A stretch of 64,000 nucleotides of DNA from an uncultured delta proteobacterium (GTDB taxonomy: Bacteria > Myxococcota > Myxococcia > SLRQ01). The stretch's first letter is position 1. Every line of letters begins with the position of its first letter. A model generated the notes under the pieces. The model had not been told where the DNA came from. It saw nothing but the letters and a program-made list of their open reading frames with translations, and searched no databases. This document shows, piece after piece, positions 10,435 through 22,228 of the stretch. The position numbers were made by a program, and so were the translations under genes. The stretch lies in NCBI GenBank assembly GCA_963727485.1, contig CAVSGM010000002.1:1536001-1600000 (forward strand), written 5' to 3'.

Positions 10435-11883
10435 CTAGAAGCTCCCATGGATCGTCACCGCGGCGCCCCCGGGACCGGGACCGGCGCCAGGGAGAAGACG
10501 TCACCGCCCGCGGGCGCGTTGCTCGGGGCGGCGGCCCCACCCGCCGGCTTGAGGAAGAGCCAGCTCCCCACCCCCGCGCCCACGATCCCCACCGCGTAGA
10601 GGATGTCGGCGACCAGGGCCTGGCCGCGCGCCTGGGAGAGGGTCTTCTGGTAGAGGGCGTCGTCGAGCTGGGGGACCGCCCGGGCCTTGGCCGCGGTGCC
10701 GTTGGCCGAGAGCCCCATGACCACCCCGCCGACGATCGCCGCCACCCCCACCCCGCCGGCGATGACGCCGTAGAGCTTGGGGCCGGCGAAGGAGAGGCCG
10801 CTGGAGAGGGTGGTGATGGGCTCGCCGCCGGGGCCCCGGGGCCGGTCGGTCTTGTGGATGCCCGGCGGCAAACGCCATGACCGCCTGGGCCAGGCCGTGG
10901 CCGGAGGGGACGTCGGCGCTGGAGACCGCCAGCAGATGGCCGTCGTTGGCCACCCGGGCGCCGTCGAGATGGAGGCCCTTCTGGGCGCCGGTCGTCACCC
11001 GCACCGCCAGCACCTGCTTGGCCCCGGCCCACTTGGCCAGCGCCGCCTCGGGGCGCGACCACGCCTGCTTCTTGAAGCCGGCGGCGACGCCCTGGAGCAG
11101 GGCGTCGAGCCTGGCCTTGCCCGGGGCCGCCTGGAGCTTGACCTCGACCAGCTTCCCCGGAGCGGCGAGCTGCCGGCTCTGGCTGAAGGCGTAGCCGGGG
11201 CGGACCGCCGTGACCATGTGGTAGCCCGGGGTCAGCCCCTTGGCCTCGGCCGGGGACACGCCGACGTAGTTCCCGTCGACCCACACCTGGGCGTTCGCCG
11301 GGCTGGTCTGGACCTCGAGGCTGGTGGTGGGGATCTTGGTCTGGTTGGCCCGGACGCCGTTGACCACCTGCTGGACGTCGGGGGTCATCCGCGTCTTGTC
11401 GAACTGGTAGTCGTGGTCGAGGGTGAAGATGTCGATGAGCTGGTTGCGGGCGTCGGCGACCTTCCCCGCGTAGTAGAGGGCGAGGACCCGGGCCCCGTAG
11501 ACATCGAGGAGCCCCTTGAGGTGGTCGCGGATGTCCGAGTCGAGGTAGGCCTTGGCCGCCGCGTCGAGGTCGGCGAGGGCCTCGTCGTAGGAGAGGCTGT
11601 CGTAGGCGGTGAGGCCGGCCTGGAGCTTGGCCGCGCCGGTCTTGGCCGCCGCCTGGCGCTTGGCCGGCCCGTCGCCCATGGCCGTGTCGGCGACGCTCAC
11701 CGGGGAGTAGCGCCCACTCTTCGCGGTCCACGCCTCGAGGGCGCGGGCGACCGCAGGCGCCGCGGAGGCGCTGCCGGCGTCCGCCGGAACCACCACCACC
11801 GCCTCCTTGACGGCGGCGTGCGCCGGACCGGCGGTGACGAGGGAGACGGCCAGCAGCGCAGGGGCAACGATTCGTGATCTCAT
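10435..11883 (-). CDS. PEGA-domain secreted/membrane protein (frameshifts at ~10870 and ~10470)
   Basis: Signal peptide, TPR-like helices, and PEGA motif 'LEVQTSPANAQVWVDGNYVGVSP...LTPGYHMV'. The C-terminal TM part is in ORF 10455..10871, and a further shift gives the ending GGAAVTIHGSF-stop. Confidence 0.75.
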
Positions 11884-11917
11884 GCCGTTCGCACCATAGC
11901 AGAAAGAGGTTGGCCGG

Positions 11918-14108
<2,191 letters not shown>

Positions 14109-14188
14109 GTTACGAGGCTTTCCGGGGGCGGTCAAAGCGCCTTTTGACGCCTTGGCGCCGGTGGCCGGGCCCGTCTATGCTGGCGCCG

Positions 14189-15435
14189 ATGACCCCTCCT
14201 GCCCGGGCCGGCCGCGCCGGCGCTGCGACCCCGCGACATCACCCTCCCCGAGCCCGGATCCACCACCGCCCGGGAGGTCCTCTCCCGGGCCATCCGGGCG
14301 GTCCTCGGCGACCTGGTGCGCCTCCCGCCGTCGATGTGCCTGACCCCGGCCGGGCGCCGGAGCGCCGAGGGGCTCCAGGCCGCCGTCCGGGCCGCGGCGC
14401 GCCGGCACCCCGGGGCCCTGGCGAGCCTGGTCCGGGACCCCACCGCCGGCGCCCTGGTCCGGGTGCTCCGGGAGCGGCGCGACGGCGAGGGGGATCCGGA
14501 ACGGATCGATCCCCTCTACGGCGAGCTCGCCTGCGTCCTCGGCCTGGGGCTGGCCCGGGCCGGCGCCCTCGAGGCGCCGCTCACCTGCGCCCCGGCCCCG
14601 GCGCGGATCCTCTCCCTGACCCTGCGCCTCTCGCTGCCGCTCCCCGAGGGGACCCGGGCGGTGACCTTCGATCCCACCGGCGCCGTCACCGCCGAGACCG
14701 GCGCCGGCCCGGTGCCGGTGGACCTGTCGACGGCCACCGACCCCTACCACCCCCTCGACGCCGACAGCGTGCTGGCCACCGCCGACAACAACCCCCTGGC
14801 GATGTTCGAGCTCCACCCCGACAAGTCGGGCAACGCCCTGGACCTCGGGGGCCGGGACCCGGCCGAGTGGGTGGCGACGCTCCGGGAGGCCCTCGACCTG
14901 GTCGAGGCCCACCTCCCCGACGCTCCGGGAGGAGATGCGCCTCTTCGTCCGGCAGGTGGTCCCGGTGGGCTATGACGCCGAGCGCCACCTCTCGGCGAGC
15001 TACCAGGAGGCCATCGGCACCCTCTACCTGACCCTCCACCCCCAGCTGATGACCATGACCGAGGCGCTCATCCACGAGTTCAGCCACAACAAGCTCGGCG
15101 CGCTGCTGGAGCTGGACCCGCTGTTGGAGAACGCCTTCCACCCCCTCTACAAGAGCCCGGTGCGCCCGGACCCGAGGCCCCTGCACGGGGTGCTCCTCGC
15201 GGTCCACGCCTTCCAGCCGGTGGCGCGGCTCTACGAGCGGATGATCGAGGCGGACCACCCGCGGGCCCGGTCGGCGGACTTCCGCCGGCGCTACCAGCAG
15301 ATCCTCGCCACCAACCGCGAGGGCGCCGAGACCGTGCTCACCCACGGCGTGCCCACCGAGGTGGGGGCGGCGGTCCTCGACGAGATCCGCCGCTGGGACG
15401 ACCACTATCGGGGCGCCATCTCGTCCCAGCCGTAG
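14189..15435 (+). CDS. HEXXH-motif peptide-modification protein (alphaKG-HExxH hydroxylase-like), frameshifts ~14215 and ~14920
   Basis: Joined from ORFs 14316..14975 and 14935..15435. 'EALIHEFSHNKL' and 'YKSPVRPDPRPLHGVLLAVHAF' match the HEXXH and SPWRxDPRP signatures of rSAM-associated HEXXH proteins. Confidence 0.85.
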
Positions 15436-16457
15436 CGGGCGAGGTAGTTCTTCCACACCCCCTCGCACACGGCGTCGTAGCGGCAGGTGGCGCACTCGGG
15501 GCGCTTGGCGCGCTCCACCGCGTCGAGGTCGGACCGGCGCACCTCGAGGAGCTCGGCGTCGCCCCCCTCGGCGAGCGCGTGGGCGCTGGCGGCGTTCGCC
15601 GGGGCCGCGGGATCGGCGACCTCGTAGTGCTTGTAGCGCTCCACGTAGCCCCGGTTGCGATCGGGGATCCCCTCGGTGACGCACAGGGGGATGTCGACGA
15701 GGTAGGCCTGGAGGTCGTCGTCGCCGGCGGCGGCGGCCTCGGCGCAGAAGGCCCGGAACCGGTCGGCGATGTCGGTGTACCGGGGGAAGAGCTGGTCGAA
15801 GTAGGTGTTCGCCCGGCCGTTGGCCTGCATCACGTTGAACACCACCTGGTCGACGCCGTGGCCCCGGAGGAACCGGTAGATGTCGGCGAAGTGCTCGAGG
15901 TTGCGCCGGGTGACCACCGTGGAGGTGTGGAGGCTGACCCCGTGGCGCTTGAGCCTCGCCACGTTGTCCAGGCCCTTCACCGTCTGGACGAAGGCGCCGG
16001 GGGTGCGCACCAGGCCGTCGTGGAGCTTCTTGGTGTGCCCGTGGATGGACACGTAGAAGAAGTTCATCCCCGCCTTCACCAAGGTGGCCAGGTAGGGCAG
16101 GTGCGAGAGGCGCCGGCCGTTGGTCATCACGCTGATGCGCCGGTAGCCGAGCGCCCGGGCCCAGGTGCAGTACTGGGGCAGGCCCCGGACCAGGGTGGGC
16201 TCACCGGAGGTGAAGCAGACCTCCTCGGCGCCGGCGTTGGCCTCGAGGATGTGGCGGATCCGCTCGGGGGTGAGCGCCCCGTTGACCTCCTCCCGGAGCG
16301 CGCGGTCCTCCTCCATGCAGAAGATGCAGTTGTTGTTGCACACGGGCCCGAGGTTGATGTGGACCCGCTCCACGCGCCCCTCGATGCGGCCCGCCACCGA
16401 CGCCTCGGGGGCGAGGGGGACGGGGGCCTGCTGGAGGATGGGGAGGCGCTCGGCCAT
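15405..16457 (-). CDS. Radical SAM protein (HxsC-like)
   Basis: CNNNCIFC, TSGEPT, TNG, SIHG and DIPLC motifs; C-terminal KRPECATCRYDAVCEG. Overlaps the HEXXH gene tail-to-tail by 31 nt. Confidence 0.9.
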   Translation of the reverse strand: MAERLPILQQAPVPLAPEASVAGRIEGRVERVHINLGPVCNNNCIFCMEEDRALREEVNGALTPERIRHILEANAGAEEVCFTSGEPTLVRGLPQYCTWARALGYRRISVMTNGRRLSHLPYLATLVKAGMNFFYVSIHGHTKKLHDGLVRTPGAFVQTVKGLDNVARLKRHGVSLHTSTVVTRRNLEHFADIYRFLRGHGVDQVVFNVMQANGRANTYFDQLFPRYTDIADRFRAFCAEAAAAGDDDLQAYLVDIPLCVTEGIPDRNRGYVERYKHYEVADPAAPANAASAHALAEGGDAELLEVRRSDLDAVERAKRPECATCRYDAVCEGVWKNYLARYGWDEMAPR

Positions 16458-16598
16458 GACCCGGGGCAGTGTAGCAGACGCGGCCCGGGCGCCCGCAGGG
16501 GTCGCGCCGTCTCCCCCCGGGTGGAACCCGAGCTTGTGGACCGAACCCCGGGCGGCTACCATGTGGAGGACTGTAAGTCCCCCTGTGGAGGCCGCCCC

Positions 16599-17180
16599 AT
16601 GAAGAAGGTCGATCGTCGCGACGCCCTGAAGTTCCTCGGTCTTGGCATCCTGGCCGCCGGGAGCGCTCCGCTCCTCGGCGCCCGGCGCGCCGCCGCCGAG
16701 CCCCGGCTCCCCCGGGCCGGCCGCGGGACGCCCAAGGCCACCGTCTCCCGGGACGGCGCCGCCCCGGCGGTCCGCGCTCCCCTCGACACCCCGGTGCCCG
16801 CCGACCCCACCTCGGCCCTGGCGCCGCTGGGCGTCGGCAGCCGCCTCGCCGGCTCGACCATCCTCCGCGTCGACGGCCCCGACCACGGCGCCATCCACGT
16901 GGACCTGCGGGCGGCCGACGGCCACACCTTCCGGGTGGAGATCTGCCGCCACGACGCCGGGGGCCCGGCGCCGGTGACCCGCACCCGTCACTACGACCTC
17001 TTCCTCGCCAACGGCGGCCGCGGGGACAAGCGCACCGACCGGTCCGAGGGCCTGGCGGTCCTGGGGCTCACCGAGGCGCTGCGCCACAACGAGGCGCGCG
17101 CCCGGAAGCTGCCGGTGATGACCATGCGCCGCCGGTGGGCGAGCTTCCGGCCCACCGAGCTCTCCCGCTACGACGGGTAG
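16599..17180 (+). CDS. Tat-exported hypothetical protein
   Basis: GGAGG RBS; twin-arginine signal MKKVDRRDALKFLGLGILAAG...AAA. First gene of the operon with two rSAM genes. Confidence 0.8.
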   Translation: MKKVDRRDALKFLGLGILAAGSAPLLGARRAAAEPRLPRAGRGTPKATVSRDGAAPAVRAPLDTPVPADPTSALAPLGVGSRLAGSTILRVDGPDHGAIHVDLRAADGHTFRVEICRHDAGGPAPVTRTRHYDLFLANGGRGDKRTDRSEGLAVLGLTEALRHNEARARKLPVMTMRRRWASFRPTELSRYDG

Positions 17181-17183
17181 CGC

Positions 17184-18170
17184 TTGAGCGCATCCGCCGC
17201 GGTACCCGACCCTCCGGTCTCGCCGGGGGGTCGCTTGCGCCTGCACCTGGGCTACCGGTGCAACAACCGCTGCGTGTTCTGCGCCCAGGGGGACCTGCGC
17301 CGAGGCGAGGCCGCGCCCCCGGATGACGCCACGGTGGCCGCCCGCCTCGCCGCCGGCCGGGCCGCGGGCCTCGAGGCGGTGGCCTTCGTGGGCGGCGAGC
17401 CCACCGTCCACGACGGGCTCCCCGGGTGGATCGCCGAGGCCCGGCGCCAGGGCTTCACCTCGGTGCTCGTCCAGACCAATGGCCGGCGGCTGGCCTACCC
17501 CGGCTACGCCGCCGCCCTCGCCGAGGCGGGCCTGGAGGCGGTGGAGGTGTCCCTCCACGGGCCCACCGAGGCGATCCACGGCTACCACACCCGGGTTCCC
17601 GGGAGCTTCGCCCACACGGCGCGGGGCCTCGGCGCCGCCCGGTCCGCGGGCCTCACGCTGGCCCTGACCTGCGTGTCTCACCCGCTCGAACTTCCGCCAC
17701 CTCCCGGAAATGGTCCGCCTCGCCGGCCGCGCCCGGGCCGCGGCCCTCCACCTGGCCCTGCCCCGGGTCCGGGGGCAGGCGGCGACCGGCTTCGATCGGG
17801 TGGTGCCCCGCCTCGGCCTCCTGCGCCCCTACCTCGCCGCCGCCGCCCGCCTCGCCTGCGACCCTGCGCGTCCCCCTGGTCCTCGGGGGCCTGCCGCTCT
17901 GCGCCGCCGCCGCCGCCCCGGGGGCGGTGCGCCTCGAGGTCGCCGACGCCGGGGGCGCCTTCGGCCCCGGCTGCGACGGCTGCCCGGTGCGGGGCGCCTG
18001 CCCCGGCGTCGACCCCGCCTACGCCGCCGTCCACGGCACCGCCGAGCTCACCCCCGTGGCCGACGGCCACCGAGCCCGCCTCCCCGGCGCTGGCCCGGCA
18101 CTTCGCCGGCACCGGCCCCATGGCCGATGCGGCCGAGGGGCCTGCGGTACACTCGGCCGAAGGCTCCTGA
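17184..18170 (+). CDS. Radical SAM protein (HxsC-like), several frameshifts (~17676, ~17855, ~18070)
   Basis: CNNRCVFC, GGEPT, QTNG and SLHG motifs. The alternate frames give 'GLPLC' and 'CDGCPVRGACPG'. Confidence 0.8.
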   Translation: MSASAAVPDPPVSPGGRLRLHLGYRCNNRCVFCAQGDLRRGEAAPPDDATVAARLAAGRAAGLEAVAFVGGEPTVHDGLPGWIAEARRQGFTSVLVQTNGRRLAYPGYAAALAEAGLEAVEVSLHGPTEAIHGYHTRVPGSFAHTARGLGAARSAGLTLALTCVSHPLELPPPPGNGPPRRPRPGRGPPPGPAPGPGAGGDRLRSGGAPPRPPAPLPRRRRPPRLRPCASPWSSGACRSAPPPPPRGRCASRSPTPGAPSAPAATAARCGAPAPASTPPTPPSTAPPSSPPWPTATEPASPALARHFAGTGPMADAAEGPAVHSAEGS

Positions 18171-19401
18171 TGGCGAACATCGGCTACATCCAGGTCGTCC
18201 GGCACTGCAACCACTTCTGCGGGTTCTGCTCCAACCCCACCACCCCCTACAGCCACACCTTCGAGTCGATGAAGGTCCTGGTGGACGACTTCGTGGCCCG
18301 GGGCTACTTCGGGGTGATCCTCACCGGCGGCGAGCCCAGCCTCCACCCGGACCTCCCGCGGATCTGCGCCTACGCCCGGGAGCCGGCCTCCACGTGCGGA
18401 TGATCACCAACGGCTCGCGGATGGCCGACCCGGCGTTCGCCCGGGAGATGGCCGACGCCGGGCTCCAGCTCGCCCACGTCTCGGTGTACTCGGTGCGCCC
18501 CGAGGTCGAGGCGCGCCTGCGCGGGATCCCCGGGACCCTGCCCAAGGCCTTCGCCGCGGTGGACAACCTCGTCGCCAGCGGCGTCGAGGTGAACATCAAC
18601 TGCGTCATCAACAAGCTCAACGCCGACCACCTCGACGAGAACATCCGCTACTGGACCGCCCACCACCCGGCGATCCGCCACTTCGTGTGGAACAACCTCG
18701 ACCCCTCGATGGGCCGCGCGGAGGTGAACCAGGACCAGTTCACCCCCCGGCTCGCCGACTTCGAGGTGTCGCTGGCCCGGGCGCTCTCGCTGCTCCAGAA
18801 GACCGGGCGCACCTTCCGGGTGGAGAAGGTGCCGCTTTGCTACATGGTCGACTTCGCCTGGGCGAGCACCGAGACCCGGAAGATCGTCAAGGGTGAGGAG
18901 CGCATCGTCCACTTCCTCGACGTGAAGCAGACCGTGCGCCAGACCCACTGGGAGCACGTCTACAGCGAGGCCTGCGACGTCTGCTCGCTGCGGACCATCT
19001 GCGGCGGGCTCTTCGACCGGGGCGACGCCTACGACCCCGCCGAGCTCCACCCGGTGTTCGTGGACCGGGACCAGGTGGTGCGCCGGATCATCGAGGACGC
19101 CGGGGACCCGAGCTACGCCCTCCGGGACCTCGAGGCCTGGCGCGACGACTTCGACCGACGCCTCGCCGACGCCCGGACCGAGGCGGGGAGCGCGCACGCG
19201 CCGGCCGGGGACCTGCCGCCACCCTCGATGCGCGATCCCGGGGCCCCGGCGGTGGGCCAGATCACCGAGGAGAGCCGCAAGCGCTTCGAGGCCAAGCGCC
19301 GCGCCGAGGGGCGCCGGGCGGAGAAGGTCGGGGTGCGCCTCGAGCGCCTGGCGATCCAGGCGCCCGAGCTCGCCGAGGGCGACGGCGAGGCGGGCGACTG
19401 A
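18170..19401 (+). CDS. Radical SAM protein (HxsC-like), frameshift ~18382
   Basis: ATG overlaps the upstream [23 protein letters not shown] and TGGEPS continue in the next frame as ITNG, VPLC and [12 protein letters not shown]. Confidence 0.85.
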
Positions 19402-19485
19402 GGCCGCGCCGCCCGGATGCACGTCGGCCGGACCGCCTTGGGGGCAGCCCGGCCGAAGGGGTTGCGGGGTCGGCTGCGGGGTCGG

Positions 19486-19803
19486 CTACCAGGACCCGTG
19501 GGACCCGTGCGAGCCGTGGGACCCGTGCGACCCATGCGAGCCGTGCGAGCCGTGGGACCCGTGCGAGCCGTGGGACCCGTGGGAGCCGTGCGACCCGTGG
19601 GAGCCGTGCGAGCCGTGGGAGCCGTGCGAGCCGTGGGAGCCGTGCGACCCGTGGGAGACGTGCTGCGCCAGCAGGCGCCCGCCACCCGGGACCTCACCCG
19701 CCTCGGTCGCGGACGCGGCCTCCTTGGACGAATCCTTCAGCTCGTGCTCCAGCTCGGAGAGCAAACCCTTGGAGCGCTTCTTGTACTTGGGAATCTTTGC
19801 CAT
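19486..19803 (-). CDS. hxsA: His-Xaa-Ser repeat precursor peptide (HxsA-type): 47-aa leader + HVS + (HGS)18 + W
   Basis: The translation is direct from the sequence. It lies 25 nt downstream of the HxsB-type rSAM on the same strand, with an AAGGGG RBS-like sequence upstream. The leader ends LLAQ before the first HxS. Confidence 0.92.
   Translation of the reverse strand: MAKIPKYKKRSKGLLSELEHELKDSSKEAASATEAGEVPGGGRLLAQHVSHGSHGSHGSHGSHGSHGSHGSHGSHGSHGSHGSHGSHGSHGSHGSHGSHGSHGSW
19492..19662 (-). repeat. 9-bp coding tandem repeat (19 His-Xaa-Ser codon triplets)
   Basis: Units are CA(C/T)-GG(C/G)-TC(C/G), varying only at synonymous positions apart from the first (HVS) unit. Confidence 0.95.
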
Positions 19804-19828
19804 GAACGGCCCCTTGACGTTCCAGCCC

Positions 19829-21356
19829 CTACGACTCTGCCGGCGACTCTACCACGTCGTCTGCAGGGTCGGAAGTGTGAAGGAAGTGGTCCCGGGGACG
19901 GTTGGTGGTCCACCTACGGAAGACCTCCAGGGTCCCGGGGTCGGCCTCGCCGAGCTTCCCGAAGAGGTAGTCCTGGATGCCCTTGATCGCGTGGCACCAG
20001 GCGCTGTCGCGCATCCGACCGCCCAGGCTCCCCTGGTGCCGGTAGTTGTACTCCGGGGAGATCCCACAGAACGGGTGGTAGGCGCAGTTCACGCAGTCGG
20101 GGCTCGAGTCGAGGATCGAGGCGAGGGTCACCGCCCGGGTGGTCTCGTGCTCCATGAGCGCCTGGTAGCTCGAGGTGTCCACGTGGCCGATGTGGAACAT
20201 GTCGTCCCCCATCTCGTGGAGCATCCGGCCCTCGTCGCTGGTGAAGATGAGCCCGTCGTAGTTGTAGGCGAGCCCGCCGATGCCGGCGCCCGCAGGGGTT
20301 GCGCAGATCGAGGAAGTTCGGGTCCTCGCCGCCGAGGATCTTGGTGAGGAGGATGGCGGCGTAGCGCTCCAGGATCTGGGTGCCCTGGAGGTTGAGCTGC
20401 ACCATGTAGTCGACCGCCTCGGCGTAGAAGTCGAGGTAGGCCCGGCGGTCGTAGTCGACCTTCTGCCCGGTCTTGGCGGCGAAGCCGAAGGGATCGACCG
20501 GGCGGAGGAAGAGGGCCCGGCACCCGAGCTCGACGTAGGTGTCGACAATCTCGCGCGGGTACTTCAGCGCCTCCTTGGTGGTCGTGAGCAGCGCCTCCAC
20601 GTGGTAGAGCGTGGTGTCGAGGCCGCGCTCGGCGTAGGCCTCGTTGATGCGCTTGATCCACTTGGTGGCATGCGAGAAGGCGTCGCCGCCGGGGAGGATC
20701 CGCTGCTTGTTGTGCAGGTGCTTGGGCCCGTCCACCGAGGTGCACATCTGCACCTTGTTGTCGAGGAGGTAGTCGAGCTTCTCCTCGGTCATCAGCGACA
20801 TGTTGGTCACCAGGGTGAACTCGAGGCTCTTGCCGAGGGTCTCGTTCTTCTTCTTGGCGTACTCGATGATGTGCTGCATCACCGGGTAGTTCACCAACGG
20901 CTCGCCGCCCTGGAACTCGAGGGTGACCCAGGGGCTGGTGGTCTCGAAGGCGAGATCCACCATCTTCTCCGCGGTCTCCTTGGACATGTCGGTCTGCGTC
21001 GCCTCCATGCCGGCGCGGCTGGCGTGGCAGTAGACGCAGGTCTCGTTGCACCGCAGGGTGACCACGGCGATGTGGAGGTTGGGGCCGTAGTGCAGGAAGC
21101 GCTGGCGGGCGGCCAGCCGCTGGGCCAGGTCGTCCACGTCGACCTCGGCCCGGAGGAAGTTCTTCTCCTTGAGGGCCTGATAGGTCTCGGAGGTCGGGTC
21201 CAGGCTCCCGTCCACGAAGGCCCGGAACTCCGCGGGCTCGAGGAGGTGGAACTGGCCCACCTGGTTGGTGACCAGGTAGCGCTCCCCCACCACCCGGTAG
21301 CGGAAGAAGGCGGGGAACGCCGGGTCGATCTGCTCCACCTGGGCGAGCTGCCTCAC
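19829..21356 (-). CDS. hxsB: His-Xaa-Ser system radical SAM/SPASM maturase HxsB (frameshift ~20292)
   Basis: '[22 protein letters not shown]', 'LEFQGGEPL', '[26 protein letters not shown]' and SPASM-like [11 protein letters not shown]...WC. It sits between HxsD-like genes and the HxS precursor. GTG overlaps the upstream stop. Confidence 0.85.
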
Positions 21357-21574
21357 TGGCCCCCCCGCTTCTCTTCGATGGTGAGCGCCAGGGCGTAGTT
21401 GCCGAACTCGCCGGCGACCTCGTCCTCGTCGGCGTCGTCCTTGGCGGTCAAGGCAATCTCGAAGTAGGGCATCTTCTGGGTGGAGGCGATCTCGGCGACC
21501 TCGTCGAAGACCTCGGCGGTGGTCTCGAGGGCGGCGGCCGAGTAGGCCTGGTGGTGGAAGCGCAGGTGCCGCAC
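21353..21574 (-). CDS. Small HxsD-like protein
   Basis: '[20 protein letters not shown]...GEFGNYAL' parallels the neighbouring HxsD ([19 protein letters not shown]...GEFANELL). Confidence 0.7.
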   Translation of the reverse strand: MRHLRFHHQAYSAAALETTAEVFDEVAEIASTQKMPYFEIALTAKDDADEDEVAGEFGNYALALTIEEKRGGQ

Positions 21575-21577
21575 CGG

Positions 21578-22102
21578 TCAGCCCCCCGCCGCCTGGTCGT
21601 CGCCACCGTCCGCCGGGGGCGGGCCCTTGGGCGCACCCTCCTTGGGGGCCTCGGCCTCGCCCTGCTTGCCGTACTTCTCCTCCCAGCTCATGGCGATGCC
21701 GAGGGGATCCTCGAAGGCGTCGTCGGAGAAGTCCATGTCGCCGGCGAGGTCGTCGAGGCTGGCGGTGCCGGTGGCCCCGGCGAGCGCCTGGGCGGCCACC
21801 GCCTCGATGATCGGCTTGTTGTACTCGGTGATCTCCCGGCGCCAGGCCTGGGACAGGAGCTCGTTGGCGAACTCCCCGGCGAGCGCCGAGAGGTCGTCGG
21901 CGGAGAGGGCCTCGCGCCCCCGGAGCACCACCTGCACGTGGGTCTCGTCGGGCACGTCGAGGAGGACGTAGCACCGGTCGATGAACACGTAGGCGGCGCC
22001 GTAGATGGCGTCGAGGGGGTAGAGGCTGCGCTCGAAGCGCACCTGCACCCGGTTGTCGTCGGCTTCGACCTGGATCTGGTCGAGCCCCTGGTCCTTGTCC
22101 AC
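21578..22102 (-). CDS. hxsD: His-Xaa-Ser system protein HxsD with acidic C-terminal extension
   Basis: '[19 protein letters not shown]' and '[15 protein letters not shown]' resemble the HxsD family (LLNDYxLRE-like motif). First gene of the hxsD-hxsD'-hxsB-hxsA operon. Confidence 0.8.
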   Translation of the reverse strand: MDKDQGLDQIQVEADDNRVQVRFERSLYPLDAIYGAAYVFIDRCYVLLDVPDETHVQVVLRGREALSADDLSALAGEFANELLSQAWRREITEYNKPIIEAVAAQALAGATGTASLDDLAGDMDFSDDAFEDPLGIAMSWEEKYGKQGEAEAPKEGAPKGPPPADGGDDQAAGG

Positions 22103-22228
22103 GTCTGCCCCCTTCGGGTCCGGACGGATCGGTTCCGCGAAACGAAGGCCGATGATGGCGGATGGGTGCCCGGCAGATCAAGCGTGGGAAGTACCCGAGA
22201 GCCGGGAAGGGGACTACGCTGCCCCGCC

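Noticed and set aside
19492..19662. Possible CRISPR array
   Set aside because: These are contiguous 9-bp coding repeats with no spacers and no cas genes.
19417..19986. Plus-strand ORF with ([12 protein letters not shown]) repeats and minus-strand alternate frame with (PTART) repeats
   Set aside because: These are shadows of the HGS repeat. Only the HGS frame has purely synonymous variation and fits the operon.
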